NCBI GenBank assembly: GCA_964549305.1
Contig: CAZJVM010000015.1
Coordinates: 1 to 48,230, forward strand
Source of the DNA: an uncultured bacterium
GTDB lineage: Bacteria > Schekmanbacteria > GWA2-38-11 > J061
Direction: 5' to 3'
Length of the DNA stretch: 48,230 bases
Shown: one piece after another, positions 41,231 through 48,230 of the stretch
Layout of the letters: each line of letters opens with the position of its first letter
How positions within the stretch are numbered: position 1 is the stretch's first letter
Notes under the pieces: model-generated
Told to the model about the DNA's origin: nothing
The model's database searches: none
Seen by the model: the letters and a program-made list of their open reading frames with translations, nothing else
Program-made: the position numbers and the translations under genes

Positions 41231-42262
41231 TCAGGTAAGTATGTACTCGTTTATTTTCTCAAGAACGGCAGATTCTGTATTTACAGTTTTATCTGTCAGG
41301 TCACTTTTTCTTTTAACAGATAAAGAAACTCCATCCCCGTTTCCCTTGCAGTAATAGGCAATCATAGCAGAAGCCAATTCAATATACTTTTCAGGATTGC
41401 ACGAGCGAAGTATTGCAGAAGGTCCCTGTGCATCAACAGGCTCAAACCAGACATCATCGTCTCTCAGAATACTTTTCAAACCGATATTTTCCACTTCGTT
41501 TCTGCCTATTACCAGCTTGGTCTCCTCGTCAATTCGCAGGTGCCTGCCTAGTTTTAGCAGGTTTATATCAGCAATCGATACATCCTTCTGATGTGAAAAA
41601 AGATCTTTCAACCGACCGGCAAATGAACGGTCAGTGAGAAGACAACCACCCGCGGGACAGGGATAATCGTTTATTCCGAGTTCCTCTGCAAGGGCAATCT
41701 GTTTTTTTCTCGATCTTCCGGTAATTGCGGGAAGTTTCTCCCTGTCAATCCATCCTTCCTTTTCGGCAATTGATTCGGAAAAATGCTTTGCGCTCAAAGG
41801 TCTCAATACCAAACCCTTCAATCCGCTTTCTCTGTCTATTATGTTTATCGTATCCCTTCTCTGCGACATAGGACGCTGTCCGAGGACTTCACCGGTTATA
41901 ATAAACTTTGCCCCTATCTCCTTCATATATTCGCGCCCGATTTTGTGCATAAAGATTCTGCAATCGACGCAGGGATTCATATTCTTCCCGTAACCAAATT
42001 TTGGATTTCTTATTACTTCAAGATAGTCCCTGCCTACATATACCGTCTTCAGGTTCACATTCAACTCATCGCAGACTCTTGCCGCTTCGCTGACGCAACC
42101 CCTCTTTTTCGAGGTGCATCTACAGAAAGGAGACACGAAGTTAATTGCAAAGACTTCGATTCCCTGATCCTGTACGACTTTCACGGCAAGAGTGCTGTCA
42201 AGACCTCCCGAAAGAAGCGCAAGGGCTTTTATTTTATCATTTTTTTCTCTGTTTAAATTCAT
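41231..42262 (-). CDS. PP-loop tRNA thiolation-like protein (ThiI/MnmA-related, DUF814-like C-terminus)
   Basis: LLSGGLDS, MNPCVDCR, TGEVLGQRPMSQ, LRPLSAK, GRSRK.Q, PAGGCLLT. Confidence 0.8.
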   Translation of the reverse strand: MNLNREKNDKIKALALLSGGLDSTLAVKVVQDQGIEVFAINFVSPFCRCTSKKRGCVSEAARVCDELNVNLKTVYVGRDYLEVIRNPKFGYGKNMNPCVDCRIFMHKIGREYMKEIGAKFIITGEVLGQRPMSQRRDTINIIDRESGLKGLVLRPLSAKHFSESIAEKEGWIDREKLPAITGRSRKKQIALAEELGINDYPCPAGGCLLTDRSFAGRLKDLFSHQKDVSIADINLLKLGRHLRIDEETKLVIGRNEVENIGLKSILRDDDVWFEPVDAQGPSAILRSCNPEKYIELASAMIAYYCKGNGDGVSLSVKRKSDLTDKTVNTESAVLEKINEYILT

Positions 42263-43416
42263 AGCTTTTTAATAAATTCCTTCGCTTTACTTCTTGCCCA
42301 CTTATCAGCTTCAAGGACATCGCTTATTTCCGAAACTTTGCCGTTATCGTGGCATTTCATTGTCTTTTCCACAATCACCGGAATGTTAGTATATTTTAGC
42401 TTTTCTTCAAGAAAGCTGTTAACTGCAATTTCATTTGAGGCATTAAGCACTGCAGGCATCGTCCCTCCCGTCCTGCCCGCCTCTAAGGCAAGAGCAAGGC
42501 AGGGAAATTTTTTCAAATCCGGCTTTTTAAAGGAAAGAGTCCCCTTCTCGATCAGATCAAGCGGAGGGTATTCATTAGGCAATCGCTCGGGATAGGCAAG
42601 GGCAAGTGATATGGGAATTCGCATATCGGGAATACCAAGCTGTCCCACAACGCTTCCGTCAACATATTCAACCATTGAATGTATGATGCTTTCAGGATGA
42701 ATGACCACCGATATTTTATCAATATCAATGTCAAAAAGCCATTTTGCCTCTATTGCCTCAAGTCCTTTATTCATCATTGTTGCGGAATCTATGGTAATCT
42801 TTTTTCCCATATTCCAGTTTGGATGTTTCAGAGCATCTTCAGGTTTTATATTTTCCATATCTCCTGCATTTTGCTCAAGGAAAGGACCTCCCGACGCGGT
42901 GATGATTATTCTTCTTATGTCTTCCTTCCTGTGTCCTTCCATCGACTGAAAGATAGCGCTGTGCTCGCTGTCAACGGGAAGAATATTTACATTATTTTTT
43001 TTAGCTTCCCTCGTAACCACTTCCCCGCCAACGACAAGAGACTCCTTGTTTGCAAGGGCAATCGTCTTTCCCGCCTTTATGGCCTCATAGGTGGGAACAA
43101 GCCCTGCAGCGCCAATCATCGAAGAAACAAGAAGCTCGACCTCATCACTTGCCGCGATTCTGTTCAACCCGTCAAGTCCCGAATAAACTTTCACTGAAGA
43201 GTTGATTTTCGATGATATCGCCTTTGCGCAATCCTCGTCGAAGAGGGCGATTTCTCTCGGCTTGAATTTTTCTACCTGCTCTGCCAAAAGGTCAATACTC
43301 GTATTTGAAGCCAGACCGATAACTTCATATTTTTCCGGAAATCTCCCGATTACATCAAGGCAGTTTCGCCCGATTGAACCGGTAGAACCGAGAATTGCTA
43401 TTTTTTTCTTTTTCAT
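42259..43416 (-). CDS. dxr: 1-deoxy-D-xylulose-5-phosphate reductoisomerase
   Basis: LGSTGSIG, LANKES, PVDSEHSA, TASGGPF, HPNWNMG.KITIDSA, NKGLE. Confidence 0.97.
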   Translation of the reverse strand: MKKKKIAILGSTGSIGRNCLDVIGRFPEKYEVIGLASNTSIDLLAEQVEKFKPREIALFDEDCAKAISSKINSSVKVYSGLDGLNRIAASDEVELLVSSMIGAAGLVPTYEAIKAGKTIALANKESLVVGGEVVTREAKKNNVNILPVDSEHSAIFQSMEGHRKEDIRRIIITASGGPFLEQNAGDMENIKPEDALKHPNWNMGKKITIDSATMMNKGLEAIEAKWLFDIDIDKISVVIHPESIIHSMVEYVDGSVVGQLGIPDMRIPISLALAYPERLPNEYPPLDLIEKGTLSFKKPDLKKFPCLALALEAGRTGGTMPAVLNASNEIAVNSFLEEKLKYTNIPVIVEKTMKCHDNGKVSEISDVLEADKWARSKAKEFIKKL

Positions 43417-43430
43417 AACCTTGCAAAAAT

Positions 43431-44306
43431 TTAAATGATCCCTGCTTTCTCTGCCTTTAAAATCACACGTTTTGCATTGTCCACATGAAGCTGCTCAACA
43501 AGCTCGCCGTCAACCTCTATGGCGCCCTTCCCTTCTTTCTTAGCTGTTTCGTATGCATCTATGATTTTCCTTGCAAAAGCAATCTCCTGTTCAGAGGGGC
43601 TGAAAAGTTTGTTAACAGGCGCAATCTGCCCGGGGTGAATCACTGATTTTCCGTCAAAACCCATATTTACCACAAACTGCGTATGGTGAATAAGCCCTTC
43701 CTCATCACGCACATTGAAATAAGGAGAGTCTATTGCGTCAATTCCCGCACAGCGTGCCGCAATGAGAATTCTGTTAAGAGGATAAACCGCTTCTAAACGC
43801 TCCGCTGTAATTCTTCCCCTTGTCTCCTTTGTATAGTCTGCCGCGCCGAAAAGAAGCGCTTTCATTCGCTTTGTAGATTCAGCTATTTCATCGATATTCG
43901 CAATCCCCTGAGCTGTTTCAATCATTGCCATCAAATTTATGCTTCCCCCATCGATTCCGGCAGATTTTTCCGCTTCATCAACAACCTTTTCAACCTTCTT
44001 AACATCTTCAGCGCAGTTTACCTTGGGAATTATTATTCCGTGAGGTTTGGAAGGAACAACAGTTTTAATATCTTTTTCACCGTGTGGCGTTTCAAGAGAA
44101 TTGATTCTTACATTTTTTTCCTTATCACCGAAATCGACTTTTTGGAGCAAGTCGGCAACCAAAGCTCTCGCATTGTCCTTCTCCAATGCCGCAACGGCAT
44201 CTTCAAGGTCTATAATTAAAGAATCAACTTCAAGTCCCGTTGATTTATTTATCATTTTTTCACTTGACCCCGGGACATAGAGCATTGACCTTCTCAGTCT
44301 TTCCAC
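43431..44306 (-). CDS. CitE-family CoA-ester lyase (HpcH/HpaI aldolase/citrate lyase beta-like)
   Basis: RRSMLYVPG, DLEDAV, VRIN, IIPKV, MIETA.G, FGAADY, GFDGKSVIHPGQ; GTG start. Confidence 0.9.
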   Translation of the reverse strand: MERLRRSMLYVPGSSEKMINKSTGLEVDSLIIDLEDAVAALEKDNARALVADLLQKVDFGDKEKNVRINSLETPHGEKDIKTVVPSKPHGIIIPKVNCAEDVKKVEKVVDEAEKSAGIDGGSINLMAMIETAQGIANIDEIAESTKRMKALLFGAADYTKETRGRITAERLEAVYPLNRILIAARCAGIDAIDSPYFNVRDEEGLIHHTQFVVNMGFDGKSVIHPGQIAPVNKLFSPSEQEIAFARKIIDAYETAKKEGKGAIEVDGELVEQLHVDNAKRVILKAEKAGII

Positions 44307-44413
44307 TTTAACTTCCCTCCATAAGTATTGGTTTAATCTTTAAAAATACGCCCCTTATATACTTTGAAGTTTTTTTTTTCAAATCATTAAAAATTCCAAC
44401 TCTTCCCCAAAAT

Positions 44414-44442
44414 TTGACTTCACAACAGTTTGTGAAGATAAT
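44414..44442 (+). promoter_or_regulatory. Putative serS sigma70 promoter with a palindromic spacer
   Basis: TTGACT (44414-19), 17 bp spacer, GATAAT (44437-42); CTTCACAA-CAGT-TTGTGAAG inverted repeat at 44418-44437. Confidence 0.55.
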
Positions 44443-44497
44443 ATGATTTTATTCTCAAAAAACATACTTTTACAGGATTTAGAGAGGAAGAAGGAAG

Positions 44498-45775
44498 ATG
44501 CTTGATATTAAAAGGATAAGAAATGATAAAGATAAAGTCTTTCAGGGACTTTCTGCAAGAAACGGTACATTTCCCATTAACGAACTATTCGGACTCGATG
44601 AGGCAAGACGAAACATCATTCAGGAAGCGCAAGAACTGAAATCCCAAAAAAACAGGGCATCCGATGAAATAGGGCGGAAAAAAAAGGAAAAGCTTGATGC
44701 TTCGGCAGATATTGAGCAGATGAAGGAAGTTTCGGCACGAATCAAAACCCTTGACAATGAGCTCAAGGAAAAGGATGCAAAAATAAAGGAACTGATACTT
44801 GAAATTCCAAACATACCCAATCCTGACGTGCCAAAAGGAAATGATGAAAATGACAACACAGAGGTGCGCAAATGGGGAAAAACGCCGGAATTTTCCTTCA
44901 AGCCGAAAGACCACGTTGAAATAGGCACAAATTTGGGAATCCTCGATTTTGAAAGGGGAGCCAAAATCAGCGGAGCGCGTTTCTGCATTTTAACCGGCAC
45001 AGGCGCAAGGATTGAAAGGGCGCTTATTAATTTTATGCTGGACACCCACACCATCGAACATGGTTACAAAGAGGCACTTCCGCCCTTTTTAGTAAATAGC
45101 GAGAGCATGACCGGCACGGGACAGCTTCCGAAATTTGAAGAAGACCTCTTTAAAACAAGCGATGACCTCTATCTAATTCCCACCGCAGAAGTCCCCATAA
45201 CCAACCTTCACAGGGGGGAGATATTGGACGAAGCTATGCTACCTATAAAATACTCCGCATATACGGCATGCTTCAGGCGCGAAGCAGGGACATACGGCAA
45301 GGAGACGCGCGGACTTATAAGACAGCATCAATTCGACAAGGTAGAGTTAGTAAAATTTTCAAATCCTGACAACTCCTACGACGAGCTTGAATCTCTTACA
45401 AACGATGCTGAGAAAATTCTTCAAATGCTCGGACTTTCGTACAGGGTTGTAATTCTTTGTACGGGAGACCTTGGCTTTTCATCGGCAAAGACCTATGACA
45501 TAGAAGTTTGGCTTCCTTCAGGAAACAAGTATGTGGAAATTTCATCGTGTTCCAATTTTGAGGATTATCAGGCACGCCGGGCGGATATAAGGTTCAAACG
45601 CAAGAACGGCACAAAAACCGAATTCGTGCACACCTTGAACGGCTCGGGGCTTGCAGTGGGGAGAACGCTTGTCGCTCTGCTTGAAAACTATCAGCAGGAA
45701 GACGGTTCCGTGCTTATTCCCGACGCGCTTAAGCCCTATATGAACGGCATTGAAAAGCTTTCGCCGCAATCCTGA
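44498..45775 (+). CDS. serS: Serine-tRNA ligase
   Basis: [27 protein letters not shown]...[30 protein letters not shown]. Confidence 0.98.
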   Translation: MLDIKRIRNDKDKVFQGLSARNGTFPINELFGLDEARRNIIQEAQELKSQKNRASDEIGRKKKEKLDASADIEQMKEVSARIKTLDNELKEKDAKIKELILEIPNIPNPDVPKGNDENDNTEVRKWGKTPEFSFKPKDHVEIGTNLGILDFERGAKISGARFCILTGTGARIERALINFMLDTHTIEHGYKEALPPFLVNSESMTGTGQLPKFEEDLFKTSDDLYLIPTAEVPITNLHRGEILDEAMLPIKYSAYTACFRREAGTYGKETRGLIRQHQFDKVELVKFSNPDNSYDELESLTNDAEKILQMLGLSYRVVILCTGDLGFSSAKTYDIEVWLPSGNKYVEISSCSNFEDYQARRADIRFKRKNGTKTEFVHTLNGSGLAVGRTLVALLENYQQEDGSVLIPDALKPYMNGIEKLSPQS

Positions 45776-45869
45776 AGAAAATATACCTGCAGTTTTCCAA
45801 ATATATTGAAAAAAATTTGATTTCCGTTTATAAGCGGATAATCGCCTGAAAAATTTGGCGACAGCACAC

Positions 45870-45958
45870 GGAGGAGTGGCTGAGTGGTTGAAAGCGGCGG
45901 TCTTGAAAACCGTTGTCCCTGGTGACAGGGACCGTGGGTTCGAATCCTACCTCCTCCG
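45870..45958 (+). tRNA. tRNA-Ser(TGA)
   Basis: GGAGGAGTGGCTGAG..GCGGT-CTTGAAA-ACCGT, long variable arm, GGTTCGAATCC..CTCCTCCG. Confidence 0.97.
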
Positions 45959-45979
45959 CTTTTATTTACGGCCTTTTAT

Positions 45980-46360
45980 ATGACAAAAATCTTGATGCTT
46001 CTTTTAGGTGGCGGCGCGGGCGCCGTGGCAAGATATTCGCTGGCTGGATTCGTATCGAATATTTTTCCGGGATTCTTTCCCTCGGGCACAATGGTAGTTA
46101 ACCTTGCAGGGTCGTTTTTAATCGGGCTTCTCTGGGGATTCTCTGAAATATTCAATATCTCGCCTAATACCCGAACATTCATTTTTATTGGATTTCTCGG
46201 AAGCTTTACCACATTTTCAACATTTGCCCTTGAAAGCTTCAATCTTATCAGGGACAACGAAAAATGGTTTGCCCTGATTAATATACTTTTAAGCAATGCC
46301 GCGGCAATAATCCTTGTTTTTCTGGGATTTTTCATTGCAAAAGCAATAGGAGGAAACTAA
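45980..46360 (+). CDS. crcB: Fluoride channel Fluc/CrcB
   Basis: GGGAGAVARY, FPSGT..VNL.GSF, GFLGSFTTFSTF..E. Confidence 0.95.
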   Translation: MTKILMLLLGGGAGAVARYSLAGFVSNIFPGFFPSGTMVVNLAGSFLIGLLWGFSEIFNISPNTRTFIFIGFLGSFTTFSTFALESFNLIRDNEKWFALINILLSNAAAIILVFLGFFIAKAIGGN

Positions 46361-46698
46361 TGAAACTGCCTGAAGAAGGAGTACTTCTAAGAATTTTTAT
46401 CGGGGAAGCAGATACGATAAAAGGGAAACCGCTTTATGAAGTAATCCTTCTCAAAGCAAAAGATTTGGGACTTGCCGGAGTAACGGTGCTGAAGGGAATA
46501 ATGGGATTCGGCGCTCATACTAGAATCCATACATCAAAGGTGCTTCGCCTCTCCGAAGATTTGCCAATAGTAATCGAAATTATTGACCGCGAGGAAAAAA
46601 TCGAGGAAATCCAGCCATTTCTTGATGAAGTCGTACAGGAAGGACTGATTACAAAGGAAAAAGTCAAGGTAATCAAGTACCGCTCAAGACATAAGTAG
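46360..46698 (+). CDS. DUF190 family (PII-like) protein
   Basis: LLRIFIGE.D..GKPLYE, GVTV.KGI.GFG, LSEDLPIVIEIID; translationally coupled to crcB. Confidence 0.9.
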   Translation: MKLPEEGVLLRIFIGEADTIKGKPLYEVILLKAKDLGLAGVTVLKGIMGFGAHTRIHTSKVLRLSEDLPIVIEIIDREEKIEEIQPFLDEVVQEGLITKEKVKVIKYRSRHK

Positions 46699-46708
46699 CT
46701 AAACAATC

Positions 46709-47959
46709 CTATAAAAATGATATAGGCATAAAATATACCTGCTTCTCTTTATCAAAAAAAGAAAAACTTTCTGAAAGAACAAGTGTTTTGTCAACTTTAT
46801 ATTTTCCCATGAAACTGAAAACTGATTTTCCGGCTTTTGAATAATTCAATGACGATTTAACTTCTATTGCCGTCAAACCTTTTCCCTCATTTTCAATAAC
46901 AAAATCAATTTCTGCATTTGATTTTGTACGCCAATATTTAATGTTGATGTCTTTCTTTAATAGTTGAGTTGCTGCAACATTCTCGTTTAACATCCCTCTA
47001 TCCACTCTTTCATCTAAAGGCTGAAAATTATTAATAACCATATTTCGAAAGCCATTGTCCCAAAAATAAATTTTTGGAGTTTTTGTTATTTCAACTCTTT
47101 TATTCTTATAAAAAGGTGAAATCCTTTTAATAACATAGGTTTTATCAAGAATATTCAGATGACTCATAAGATTTTTATAATCAAAAGAAGATAATTGTCC
47201 TAATTCATTGTAAGCCACCATAGAACCGGTTTGAAGCGCAATAGCTTTAATGAGTTTTTTTAATTCATCCTCCGTGCTCAACTGCAATATGTCTCTTATC
47301 TCCCTCAAAAGATATGTATTGTATATATTTTTAAGCACAATAATTTTCTCATCTTCATTTTTTGCAGTAACAACTCTCGGATATCCTCCAAAAATGGAAT
47401 ATTCGTAATAACACGGCAGGATATCTTTAATTATAGATTCGCTTATCAGTGGCGGAATTTTTCTATTGCCTGATAAAAAGCCATCTATTTTTTTCCTGAT
47501 TTCAAGATATATATTTTTGTAGAGAGAGGGATTTTTGAAACTTAAAAATTCCTGAAAACTAAATACAGAGAGATGAAAAATAAAAATCCTGCCAACAAGA
47601 TATTTGATTGCCTGATTCGTTAAATCAAGTGCAGAGGAACCTGAAATAAATATTTTTATTCCATAAGTATCATAAAGGTATTTTAAATTTTTCCCTCCCC
47701 TTTTTGCATACTGAAACTCATCAATAAAAAGATACTGCGCATCCTTTACATACAAATTATAAAAGGATTTCACATCATCATTAAAAGTTTTCAATATATC
47801 CCTGTCTTCAAAGTCTATATAAACTGCACCTTTAAGTGTCTTAAAGATTTCTTTTAAAAGGGTGGTTTTACCGCACTGCCTCGGTCCGATAATTGCAATG
47901 ATTTCAGGAGAAGAGATATATCCTCTTATGACATCTTCAATTTCTCTTTTAATATACAT
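46709..47959 (-). CDS. AAA+ ATPase (AAA_14) with DUF4143 / PD-(D/E)XK-like C-terminus
   Basis: GPRQCGKT, FIDEFQ, SGSS, GGYP, KIYFWDNG, EIDFV...AIEVK. Confidence 0.9.
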   Translation of the reverse strand: MYIKREIEDVIRGYISSPEIIAIIGPRQCGKTTLLKEIFKTLKGAVYIDFEDRDILKTFNDDVKSFYNLYVKDAQYLFIDEFQYAKRGGKNLKYLYDTYGIKIFISGSSALDLTNQAIKYLVGRIFIFHLSVFSFQEFLSFKNPSLYKNIYLEIRKKIDGFLSGNRKIPPLISESIIKDILPCYYEYSIFGGYPRVVTAKNEDEKIIVLKNIYNTYLLREIRDILQLSTEDELKKLIKAIALQTGSMVAYNELGQLSSFDYKNLMSHLNILDKTYVIKRISPFYKNKRVEITKTPKIYFWDNGFRNMVINNFQPLDERVDRGMLNENVAATQLLKKDINIKYWRTKSNAEIDFVIENEGKGLTAIEVKSSLNYSKAGKSVFSFMGKYKVDKTLVLSESFSFFDKEKQVYFMPISFL

Positions 47960-47992
47960 AATTTCAACCCTGCTATTATTTCTTTAATAATA

Positions 47993-48021
47993 ATTTTAGT
48001 AGGGTTATTACGAAATGTCAA
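47993..48021 (-). promoter_or_regulatory. Putative sigma70 promoter of the AAA-DUF4143 gene
   Basis: Minus strand TTGACA, 17 bp spacer, TAAAAT. Confidence 0.6.
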
Positions 48022-48230
48022 TCCCAATTCGGTTTGCTAAAATAAATAATTAATGAGCCAGCTTATATATAAAACCTAATTTTCACATCAGTATATCTTC
48101 CAATCAATACAAAAGTGCTTATTCCCTGTACTAAAATATGATAACATCAAAACAAAAAGTTCATTAAAGCACTATGATATTGATATATGAATCAGGAGAA
48201 GCACTCCGCTTCGAAGAAATATCAATCAGG

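Noticed and set aside
45870-45958. Selenocysteine or suppressor tRNA
   Set aside because: Anticodon TGA reads the Ser codon UCA; normal 7-bp acceptor stem; no in-frame TGA recoding seen in nearby genes
48187-48230. Possible CDS start (ATG AAT CAG GAG...) running off the window
   Set aside because: Only 14 codons visible and no clear RBS; cannot be supported

Overview
AT-rich bacterial core-genome window whose gene content and order resemble deltaproteobacteria-like anaerobes (inference; taxonomy cannot be fixed from this window). From left to right: rpiB-glyA-dCMP deaminase-nrdR plus a PLP lyase; an envelope block (exported protein, nucleotidyltransferase, GT2, GT4, UDP-glucuronate decarboxylase, PBP2); nif3-dnaG-rpoD-tRNA(CAU)-zinc-ribbon; a small sigma54 module; a ~12 kb TCA superoperon (icd-mdh-fumarase alpha/beta-sdhCDAB-sucCD-korDABC); futalosine-pathway genes mqnC and mqnE with a nucleoside phosphorylase; a eukaryote-type citrate synthase; aguB-aguA; two TIGR04076-like paralogs; citE-like/dxr/PP-loop genes; serS; crcB; and an AAA-DUF4143 ATPase. 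There are six tRNAs. I found no CRISPR array, transposase, integrase or rRNA. The most striking element is the sigma54 module at 17232-19672. An enhancer-binding protein with a non-phosphorylatable pseudo-receiver domain is followed by three TGCA-N5-TGCA palindromes, a consensus IHF site and a consensus -24/-12 promoter. That promoter points at a PTS-IIA-like gene and a coiled-coil-deleted paralog of the FlgZ/CdsZ zinc-ribbon family. A second -24/-12 promoter lies in tandem with a sigma70 promoter upstream of the TCA operon. All calls come from reading motifs by eye; no database searches were run.
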